Shown one piece after another: positions 26,249 to 34,149 of a stretch of DNA of 64,000 nucleotides. Below the pieces are notes generated by a model that did not search any database, had not been told where the DNA came from, and saw nothing but the letters and a program-made list of their open reading frames with translations. This DNA is from Candidatus Latescibacterota bacterium (GTDB lineage Bacteria; Latescibacterota; UBA2968; UBA8231). The position numbers and the translations under genes are program-made. The DNA is taken from NCBI GenBank assembly GCA_965242865.1, contig CBDETK010000013.1, positions 2,336,001-2,400,000 of the forward strand, in the 5' to 3' direction. Each line of letters starts with the position of its first letter. Position 1 is the first letter of the stretch.

Positions 26249-29059
26249 TCACAGACTCGCAAATATCGACAAAAACGCCAATCCCGCCGCCCGCGTCTCG
26301 CGCTCCCGCCCGACCACCTCCAACGACCGCCGGTCAAAGCGCAACCCGATCTGAGTCGTCAATTCGTAGCCCAAGTACTCCCGCTGATTGCTCAACTGCG
26401 CCGCCCACACCGTGCCGCGAAAATCCCCGGTCAGCACATTGTCCGCGAGGGCCTGTTCGTCCCGCAGCAACTCGAAGAACAGCCGCTGCTCAAACCCCAA
26501 CTCAAGCTCTGAACCCCGCATCGCGGGAAAGCGGACCAACAGCGACCCAATCCCGTCCCAAGAGCGGCGACGACGCTCGGCCAACGAAAAGGGCGATTGG
26601 CTGAGAAACTCGCTTTTGACGCGGGGCACAAGCGCCACCGAACCCCACGCAAAGACGCCGTCGATCTTGTCGATCAATCCCACAAAACCAGACGTCTCGC
26701 GACCCGCGTCGCCCGGGCCGGCTCGCTGGTGCCACCAGTCCCACTTGAAGCGGTGCTTCGTCGTCCAATGCTGCGGATGGGCGTACTCCCACTCGGCGTA
26801 GAACGCATTGATCCACGTGTCCTCGGCGGCCAGCAAATCGGGCACGGCGATGTGCTGGCCGCTCGTCTGCCCGGCTGCGCCAAATTCGAGCGTCGGCACG
26901 ACCCATTGGGACAGGGGATCGGGAATGGTGTCGGCGGCCTTCTTCAGCATGTCAAAGACCCGCACCCGGCCGCGCCCGGGCCAATCCCGTTCAAAGGTAA
27001 CAAGGCCGTACGCGGTGTGGTTTTTGCGGTCGGCTTGGCGCATGGCCTCGCGCAGGTAGCCGACCGCAAGGCGGACCTCCGGGTTGACCTCCACGCTGAC
27101 GTACGCGTTGTAGCCCCAGTGATCCTTTTTGTAGGGATAGTCGGGCAAATCGTCGTTTTCAAACCGCTCGGCCCAGCCGTTGTTGTTGAGGTCCAGGCCA
27201 AAGAGGAACGCCGGCCGGTCCGAGTGGTGGCGCAGGAACGGCTCTTCGTAGTCGGGGAAGAAATTCCCGTTCTGATTAAAATCTGAGATGAAGTCGCCGT
27301 TTTCGTCGTACCCGGGAAAGACTGCGGGGTCGGGCACGCCGTCCGAGCGCACCTGAAAGCCGCCCAGCGCGGTCGATTGCGGCGGCACCAACCCGCCTTG
27401 GAAAAATCGCTTCTGGTCCGGGTGGCGGTCCTGATCGTCGTTGTCGTCGACAAAGTCGTAGAGCCGGTCCGTGGCTTCGGGCGCGTAGTCAACCAAGCCG
27501 CGACTGTCAACGGGCTTGAAGCTGGTGGCGTAGGCGTCGTCCATGCCAAAGCCTTCGAGGGAAAACCGCCAAGGGGCGGCGTGCCGCACGAGATTGAACA
27601 GCCAACCCACGGCGTGGGCGTCGCCTTGAAGGCCGGAAAACGAGCGGTGCGAGGTGCGCGTCGTCGAAGGGAACTGGCGGTACTGGGTGCTGACGTTGAA
27701 CTCGCCGTATAAGTCAAAGCCCCACCAGTCGCGCACCTCGGCCGTCATACCGGCGACCTGCAAGGCGGTCGGCAGGCCGTAGTCATACACGACTTCGCGC
27801 GGATTGAGCTGGTTCTTGACGTTGCCAGCCGCCCGCGCCACCACCAGAAACTCCGGGATGCCAAGGCGGCTGTTCTGCCGGTCCGAGGCCACCTCGATCC
27901 GGTAGTCGTTGGCCAGCACGAGGCGGAAGCGCACGTTTTTGACGCGGGTGATGGCGTCGTCGGCCTCGTCCAGCCCCAACCCCAACCGGCGCTGCAAGGC
28001 CAAGCGCAAGGTGCCTTCTTCGCTTTCGCCCTCTTCGGCGGCCAACGAGTATTGCAGCACGATGCGCTCCGGCCCGTCGGCCCGCAAGAACCCACCGCGT
28101 TCTTCCCCACCCTCTATCACCGGAGCAAAGCCCACGCTGCGGCCGGTGAACGTGGTGTCCTTAAAGACCATCCGCACCCCGCCTTCGACCGGCACTGCCC
28201 GCTGGAGGGCCGTGGTGATCTCCACCTCGGCACTGAACAACACCGGCCCGCCCTCGCCATCGGCGGGCGAATCGTCGGACAGCCGCACGATCAGCTTGTT
28301 GAGCCGCCGGCCGAGTTGCCCGGTCGTCAGCGCGCCCTTGAGGGGATTGCCGGCAAAGCTCTCGCGGTTGCCGGCGCCATTGTGGGCGTTGACCAGCGTC
28401 AGGCCCAAGGTCGCGTTGGCCCCCCAATCGGCCTCAACGCGCCCGGCGATCAAGCTGGTGAAATTGTCCTGCGCGGCGGTCGGAATGTCCGGGTCGATCT
28501 CCACGATGGGCAGGCTCGGGCGCGCAAACAAGCCGGTGACGCGAAAGTGCGGCGCGGCCAAGCTGGTCACCACGCCATTGAAGCCGACTTTGCGAAAGGT
28601 CATGGGCGTCAGGGTGGCGAAAATCTCGTCGCCGATCATCAGGGAGTAGTTGTAGTCGCCGCTGGCGTCCGACGAGATGATCAGCCGGTTGAACCACGTG
28701 GCGTACCGCCGCTGTTTAGTCAACTCGCTGCTGGCGACCGTGCGCGCCTGCGTCTGGCGCCAGTCGTACACCAGCCAGCCGTGCGCGACCAGCTTGCCGT
28801 AGGTGTCGTAGAAATGCGACCCCTCTTGATTGCGATCTATGTAGCGCCGGTACGGCTCGGTCGCGTAGTTGGTGTAACGCCACTGGCGGCGGCCGTACTC
28901 CTCGAACAACTCCTGTGGCATGTACCAGCGCATGACCGTGGGGTCCAAAGCACCCATCCGCACGCTCGGCCCTTGGGCATTCCGTTCCCATCGCCCGGTC
29001 TGCGCTCCGGCCGGCACGGCCAGTGCCAAGACCAACGCTATGTTAGCTGCCCAATGCAC
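26249..29059 (-). CDS. Large uncharacterised probable outer-membrane beta-barrel protein (paralog of 31379-34144)
   Basis: Signal peptide from GTG 29059 (track start 29101); WYMPQELF; Asp-rich loops; alternating C-terminal strand AFLSIFASL. Confidence 0.7.
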   Translation of the reverse strand: MHWAANIALVLALAVPAGAQTGRWERNAQGPSVRMGALDPTVMRWYMPQELFEEYGRRQWRYTNYATEPYRRYIDRNQEGSHFYDTYGKLVAHGWLVYDWRQTQARTVASSELTKQRRYATWFNRLIISSDASGDYNYSLMIGDEIFATLTPMTFRKVGFNGVVTSLAAPHFRVTGLFARPSLPIVEIDPDIPTAAQDNFTSLIAGRVEADWGANATLGLTLVNAHNGAGNRESFAGNPLKGALTTGQLGRRLNKLIVRLSDDSPADGEGGPVLFSAEVEITTALQRAVPVEGGVRMVFKDTTFTGRSVGFAPVIEGGEERGGFLRADGPERIVLQYSLAAEEGESEEGTLRLALQRRLGLGLDEADDAITRVKNVRFRLVLANDYRIEVASDRQNSRLGIPEFLVVARAAGNVKNQLNPREVVYDYGLPTALQVAGMTAEVRDWWGFDLYGEFNVSTQYRQFPSTTRTSHRSFSGLQGDAHAVGWLFNLVRHAAPWRFSLEGFGMDDAYATSFKPVDSRGLVDYAPEATDRLYDFVDDNDDQDRHPDQKRFFQGGLVPPQSTALGGFQVRSDGVPDPAVFPGYDENGDFISDFNQNGNFFPDYEEPFLRHHSDRPAFLFGLDLNNNGWAERFENDDLPDYPYKKDHWGYNAYVSVEVNPEVRLAVGYLREAMRQADRKNHTAYGLVTFERDWPGRGRVRVFDMLKKAADTIPDPLSQWVVPTLEFGAAGQTSGQHIAVPDLLAAEDTWINAFYAEWEYAHPQHWTTKHRFKWDWWHQRAGPGDAGRETSGFVGLIDKIDGVFAWGSVALVPRVKSEFLSQSPFSLAERRRRSWDGIGSLLVRFPAMRGSELELGFEQRLFFELLRDEQALADNVLTGDFRGTVWAAQLSNQREYLGYELTTQIGLRFDRRSLEVVGRERETRAAGLAFLSIFASL

Positions 29060-29113
29060 GGTACAGGAGTCCAACCCCTCCTTCGCGGCTCCGAATCGCA
29101 TAGGTGTGGAGAG

Positions 29114-29437
29114 CTAAACAGCAACAACTCGCTGTTGTCCTTCTCTATTTTTTGCGGGAATAATGTGGATCTCAATATCGAGATTCAGTCGGTTGAGAAA
29201 CATCATCAATCGCTCAACGCTGTAGTGGTTAAACTCGCCCTTCGTTAGTCGGGATATTTCAGGTTGCTTTACCCCTAAAATCTCCGCGGCCTCTGCTTGA
29301 GTTAGCTTCCGGTTTTCTACAATCTGAAACACCTTAAACCCAAGCGTTGCCCTGAGAAACAATTCCTCCGCATCTGGCAAGCCGAGGTCCTCAAACACAT
29401 TGCCCGAACCTTTTTCAAACGCAATGTTCTCGCTCAT
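29114..29437 (-). CDS. XRE-family HTH antitoxin (HTH_37/HigA-like)
   Basis: GSGNVFEDLG.PDAEE...LTQ.EAAE.LGV.QP.ISRL..G....SVERL. Confidence 0.92.
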   Translation of the reverse strand: MSENIAFEKGSGNVFEDLGLPDAEELFLRATLGFKVFQIVENRKLTQAEAAEILGVKQPEISRLTKGEFNHYSVERLMMFLNRLNLDIEIHIIPAKNREGQQRVVAV

Positions 29438-29673
29438 AATGCACGCACCTCCAGTTGTCGCGCCATTTTCAGACGTCTCTTGATAAGGTCTATCTCTTTC
29501 TTTGGAGTTTTTATTCCGCGCCTTGATTTTTTTTGAAAACAATGCAGCACATAAACCCTCTCTCCAATTTTCACCGCGTACACAGCACGGTAAGTGTCTG
29601 TTCTGTGATCTGCCCGTATTTCAAAAACTCCTGAGCCAATGTCCCTGAATGGTTTGGTCGCCGGCGACCTACA
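29434..29673 (-). pseudogene. 5'-truncated RelE/Gp49-like (HigB) toxin
   Basis: Manual translation: KPFRDIGSGVFEIRADHRTDTYRAVYAVKIGERVYVLHCFQKKSRRGIKTPKKEIDLIKRRLK; in-frame TGA upstream and no family N-terminus; a repeat element sits where it should be. Confidence 0.85.
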
Positions 29674-29683
29674 TCATTCAAGA

Positions 29684-29737
29684 CTGGATTCCCGCCCCGT
29701 GTCGGAGCACGGGGTGACGTTCTGTTGCGGGAATGAC
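29684..29737 (-). repeat. 54-bp palindromic repeat, family A (GTCATTCCCGC...GCGGGAATCCAG)
   Basis: Near-identical to 36486-36539 and 55329-55380; nested hairpin CCCCGTG...CACGGGG. Confidence 0.88.
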
Positions 29738-29799
29738 TTTTCATAGGCAGAAAAGACGGTGCCGATCAACATTCCATGCTTTCGAGTCATTTAGGACGG

Positions 29800-31422
29800 C
29801 TATAGCTTTTCCAAGCTGCCAATTTCCACCGGATACTTGGTTCGCAAACCGCGCACGAACCGCACGTACGCCCTTTTCGACTTGTCGATCCGCACGTAGG
29901 CCCGAGCGCGGCGCTGGGACTCGGCGTTATACGGGATCGGCTCGCGGGTGCGCTCCAGCACCTTAAAGACCGAATGGCCCCGCTCGGTCTTTAACGGCCC
30001 GCCGACCGCGACCTCCGCGACCTCCCGCACGGCCGCCGCCAGCACGGGAAACAGCCCTTGGTTGTAGGCGTTGAGCTGCATCTGACCGTCGTGGTGCAAG
30101 CTGCCGGCGCGCTGGGTGTGACGCTGGGCCAACGCGGCCGCATCGGCCCCAGCGCGCAACTCGTCCCCCAACCGCTGGGCCAGCGAATCCGACGCGACCA
30201 AAATCTCGACGATGGTGGTGGTTTCGGGGCGGGTAAACTTTTCGGGGTGCGCGTCGTAGAACGCGCGCGCCTCTTTGTCGCTGACGCGCACGTGCTGATC
30301 GACCTCCCGCCGGCGCAACGCGCTGAGCAGCAGCTCCTCGCGCTTAACCGCCACGGTCTCTTTGAACCGCGCCTCCTCGGCCCAGCCGGCCGCCTCAATC
30401 TCGGCCATCACGAACAAGTCGGGCAGCACCCGCTCGCGCAAAAACTCGGCCACGTGTGCGCTGTCGGCCGGCGGTGCGCTCCGGCCGGCGAGCCGCTCGT
30501 AGGCCGCCAAAAAGCCGCTGATGGTGAGTTCGCCGCCGCGGTACGCACACAGGACTTGGGCTTGGTCCGCCATGACCCCGCGCTCGGCGAGCTGCTGGAT
30601 CGCGGCCGGCCGCGGCGCGGGCGCGTAGGCTCGCCCAAGCGAATCGCGCAACGACTGCAACCGCTGTTGGTGCTTTTGCACGGTCAGCTCTTCGACGACG
30701 ATTGGCTCGGACGCGGTCAGGGGCGCGGGAATCTCGTCGAGGACCTTGTAAATCACGTAATAATCCTCGTGGCCGAACACTTCGCGCACCGGCGCGGAAA
30801 CGCCCCCGATCTCCAACCCCAGCACCTGCTCCACCGTCTCGGCCGACAGCTGGTCGCGCGTCTGGTAGATGCCGGTGTCGCCGCCCCGTGCGGCCGTCTC
30901 CGAGTGAACCGAGTGCGCCTCGGCCAGTTCGTGGAAATCGGCGCCGGCCGCGAGCCGGTCGGTGATCGCTTGGGCCTCCGCCCGGCTCTCGACCATGATG
31001 CCGCCCAAGCGCAGGGCGCGGTGCCGGCCGCTCTCTCGGTAGTGCCGCTCTATTTCTGCGGGGCTAATCGCGATCTGGGCGACGACCGCCCGCTCCATGT
31101 ACAGCGCCATCAGCCGAGCGCGCTTGAAGCGGGCCAATTCGCCTTGGAACCAACGGTCTTCGGCCATGTTGGCCGCGTCCGCTGCGCGCAAGAGCAGCTT
31201 TTTGTCGATCAGGCTTTCGAGCACTTGGCGCGGCCCCTCCTGTTTCATTCCAGCGGGAATCCGCGCGTCGAAATCCTCGAACTCGGCCGCGGTAATCGGC
31301 TCGCCATCCACCCGGGCCAGCACCCGCTCCTCCGGCGGTTGGGCGCACCCGAGGGCCAACAGCGCCAGCGCAACGGCCTCACTCCAAGCCGGCAAACACC
31401 GTGATAAACGTCGTCGTCTCAT
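29800..31422 (-). CDS. Lipoprotein peptidyl-prolyl isomerase with two parvulin domains (PrsA/SurA-like foldase)
   Basis: Lipobox LALGC; LARVDGEPIT; GADF.ELA..HS...GGD.G; second domain EILV...GAD...LA...GPLKTE.G.SVFKV. Confidence 0.85.
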   Translation of the reverse strand: MRRRRLSRCLPAWSEAVALALLALGCAQPPEERVLARVDGEPITAAEFEDFDARIPAGMKQEGPRQVLESLIDKKLLLRAADAANMAEDRWFQGELARFKRARLMALYMERAVVAQIAISPAEIERHYRESGRHRALRLGGIMVESRAEAQAITDRLAAGADFHELAEAHSVHSETAARGGDTGIYQTRDQLSAETVEQVLGLEIGGVSAPVREVFGHEDYYVIYKVLDEIPAPLTASEPIVVEELTVQKHQQRLQSLRDSLGRAYAPAPRPAAIQQLAERGVMADQAQVLCAYRGGELTISGFLAAYERLAGRSAPPADSAHVAEFLRERVLPDLFVMAEIEAAGWAEEARFKETVAVKREELLLSALRRREVDQHVRVSDKEARAFYDAHPEKFTRPETTTIVEILVASDSLAQRLGDELRAGADAAALAQRHTQRAGSLHHDGQMQLNAYNQGLFPVLAAAVREVAEVAVGGPLKTERGHSVFKVLERTREPIPYNAESQRRARAYVRIDKSKRAYVRFVRGLRTKYPVEIGSLEKL

Positions 31423-34144
31423 TTTGGCTCTTGTCGTCGGTTGTGAAGACGCCCGGCCGGGCGCTGTCCTCAATCACCCGCTCGCTCAGGATGCGGCCCA
31501 AGCGCAGGCCCGCTTGCGTGGTCAGCCGGTAGCCTTGGTAATCGGACGTGGTGGAAAGCTGGACCGCGATGTGGGTCTCGCGCGAGTCCCCGGTCTCCTG
31601 CAAAAGCCCGGCCGCCCGCAGCGCGTCCTCGTCCTGCACCCGGTCGCTGAACCACAACTGCTCCACGCCGGCTTCCAAGACGGTCCGCCGCATGACCGGC
31701 AAGCGGGCGAGCAACTGGGCGGTCACCGCCCATTCCTCGCGCCGCGCCTCGTCGGCAACCAAGGGGGTTTGCCGCAAAAACTCGCTCTTGCAGCGCGGCT
31801 GCAAGTCAAAGCGGCCCAAGCTGTACACGTAATCCACCTTGTTGATCAGCCCCAGAAAACTCGCGCGGCTGGCCAGCGGGCGACCGATGCTGTCGCGCGG
31901 CTGGGGGGCGTTTTGGCGGAAGTGTTCCCACTTGAGCTTGTTGACCACGTTCAGCCCTTCAATACCCTGATAATCGAACTGGGCGTACGCGGTGTTGACC
32001 CACGTGTCCTGCGCCGCCAAGAGGTCGCGCACCACCGGCTGGACCGACGCCCCGACAAACGGGGTTGGCTCGCGCCGGGCGTCGGGAATGGTGTCCTTGG
32101 CCCGCTTGAGCAGATCAAAGAGCCGCAAACGCCCCAAGCCGGCGTAGTCTCGCTCAAGGGTGAACATCGCGTAGTTGGTTTGATTGAACGCAGCGGTCGC
32201 CGGCGCTTGCTCGTCCGTGCGCCCAATGGTCAGCCGCACCTCGGGCGCGAGATGGATGCCGCCGAAGACGTTGTAGCCCCGTCGGTCTGGCTTGTACGGG
32301 TAATCGGGGAGATCGTCGTCTTCAAAGCGGTCGATATAGTGGTTGTTGTTCAAGTCAATGCCAAAGAGGAACTCTGGGCGATCGACGTGGTAGCGCAAAA
32401 ACGGCTCGTCGTAGTCTGGGACGATATTGGCCGCGGTGGCGTTGTCGTTTTGGTTGAAGTCCGAGATGAAGTCGTTGTTTTGGTCCCAGCCGGGAAAGAT
32501 GGCGCGGTCGTTGGTCGAGCCAAAGCGAATCCAGTCGGGGAAGCGGTCTTGGTCGTCGTTGTCATCGACGAACTCGTACCAGTGCCGCTGGGTATTGTCG
32601 TATTGCACGTCGCCCGTGGCGCTGACCAAGAAGGCCGTCGTCGAATAGGCCGCGTCCATGGCATAGGCTTCGCCGTACAAGAAGTAAGGGAACGCATTGC
32701 GCCAGACATTGAGGAACCAAGCGTCGGCCCCCTCCGCGGAGATCGCGTGTCTTTCGCCTTCGTTGAACAGCGCGGCATTGGGAAACTGGAAGTACCGCTG
32801 GTTGCGGTCCCACTCCCCGTAGAAGTCAAAGCCGAAAACCCCGGTGCCCTTTAGGGTGAAGCCGCCGACTAGGTTGGCCGTGGGCAGCCCGTAGGAAAAC
32901 TCAATTCGCTGCAAGTTCGTGATGTCCGCGACATTGCCCTCGGCCCGCCGCACCGCAATCAACGCGGGTTGCGCCGCGTCGATCCCCTCGGCGGTCAGGG
33001 GCGCGGGCGGGATGGCCCGCACGCCCGTCTGGCGGTCGGACCACATCTCGACCTTGAAGTCATTGGCCAGCACGTAGTTGAAATCCACCCCGACGATCGT
33101 CGTCGGGTCTGGGCCGATGTACGCCGGGTCGTTGAAGTCGTAGTTGACGATGATGCGCTCCGGGCCGTCCGCCGCTAAAAAGCCCGGCCGCCGGAACCCG
33201 CCGAAAAGGATCGGCCACTGCGACCCGGGTCGGACCACCTCCTGCAAGGTTGCCACCGTCTCGCGGCCAGTGTCGAAGTCGCGGCTGGTGATTCGCACAT
33301 CGTGGCTGAACAGGGCTGCTCCCCCTTCGTTGTCGTCGGGCGAATCGTCGCTCAAAATCACTGCAATCGCCGTCAGCGGGGCCGTGCTCTGCCCCGCAGT
33401 CAGGCTGCCCGCGACCCAGTCGCCGTTGAACATGTCGAGCAGCGTATTGCCGTTGCTGGCGTCGATCACTTGGGCGCCCAGCTCCACGAAATCCCCGAGC
33501 TGAAAGGTCGCCCGGCCGCCGAACAACGAGGTGATGTTGGTGTGGGTCACCGGCTCGGTAATCCCGCCCGAAAGCTGGGTGGAGCCGCGGATCGGCTCGC
33601 TGATGCGCGAGGCGAGAATCGTCGCTTGGTACTTGTCCGCGGCAAAATCTACTTGCACTCCGTTGAAGTCCGGCTTGGAAAAGGTCATCGGCGTCAGGGT
33701 CGTGCGAATCCGGTCGCCGACCGTAATCGCGTAGTGGTACTGCCCCTGCGAGTCGCCGCTGATGGTCACCGCGTTGAACCAGCGGTTGAAGCGCGTACTC
33801 TGAAAAATTCCACTGCCCAACGGCTGCGGCTGAAATTGCCGCCAGTCGTAGATCAGCCAACCGCGGGTGGTGAAATTGCCGTACACGTCGTAGAAGTAGT
33901 CGCCCTCGCGGGTGGTGTTGACGTAGCGCTCATACGGGGTGCGGGCGTAGTTGGAGTATTCCCACGGCCGCCAGCCGTAGTCGAAGAAGAGTTCCTGCGG
34001 CACGTACCACTTCTTGACGGCCGGATCGAGCGCACCAAAGAGCACGCCCGGGCCGGTCGGCTCAAACCGGACCGGACCGCCGCGCTGGCCCCAAGCCGGC
34101 AGGCCGGCGATCAGCACCAGCCCTATAGCGAACCATTTTCCCAT
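31379..34144 (-). CDS. Large uncharacterised probable outer-membrane beta-barrel protein (paralog of 26249-29059)
   Basis: Signal peptide MGKWFAIGLVLIAGLPAWG; WYVPQELF; FVDDNDDQDRFPD; C-terminal TFITVFAGLE. Confidence 0.7.
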   Translation of the reverse strand: MGKWFAIGLVLIAGLPAWGQRGGPVRFEPTGPGVLFGALDPAVKKWYVPQELFFDYGWRPWEYSNYARTPYERYVNTTREGDYFYDVYGNFTTRGWLIYDWRQFQPQPLGSGIFQSTRFNRWFNAVTISGDSQGQYHYAITVGDRIRTTLTPMTFSKPDFNGVQVDFAADKYQATILASRISEPIRGSTQLSGGITEPVTHTNITSLFGGRATFQLGDFVELGAQVIDASNGNTLLDMFNGDWVAGSLTAGQSTAPLTAIAVILSDDSPDDNEGGAALFSHDVRITSRDFDTGRETVATLQEVVRPGSQWPILFGGFRRPGFLAADGPERIIVNYDFNDPAYIGPDPTTIVGVDFNYVLANDFKVEMWSDRQTGVRAIPPAPLTAEGIDAAQPALIAVRRAEGNVADITNLQRIEFSYGLPTANLVGGFTLKGTGVFGFDFYGEWDRNQRYFQFPNAALFNEGERHAISAEGADAWFLNVWRNAFPYFLYGEAYAMDAAYSTTAFLVSATGDVQYDNTQRHWYEFVDDNDDQDRFPDWIRFGSTNDRAIFPGWDQNNDFISDFNQNDNATAANIVPDYDEPFLRYHVDRPEFLFGIDLNNNHYIDRFEDDDLPDYPYKPDRRGYNVFGGIHLAPEVRLTIGRTDEQAPATAAFNQTNYAMFTLERDYAGLGRLRLFDLLKRAKDTIPDARREPTPFVGASVQPVVRDLLAAQDTWVNTAYAQFDYQGIEGLNVVNKLKWEHFRQNAPQPRDSIGRPLASRASFLGLINKVDYVYSLGRFDLQPRCKSEFLRQTPLVADEARREEWAVTAQLLARLPVMRRTVLEAGVEQLWFSDRVQDEDALRAAGLLQETGDSRETHIAVQLSTTSDYQGYRLTTQAGLRLGRILSERVIEDSARPGVFTTDDKSQNETTTFITVFAGLE

Positions 34145-34149
34145 GGCGT

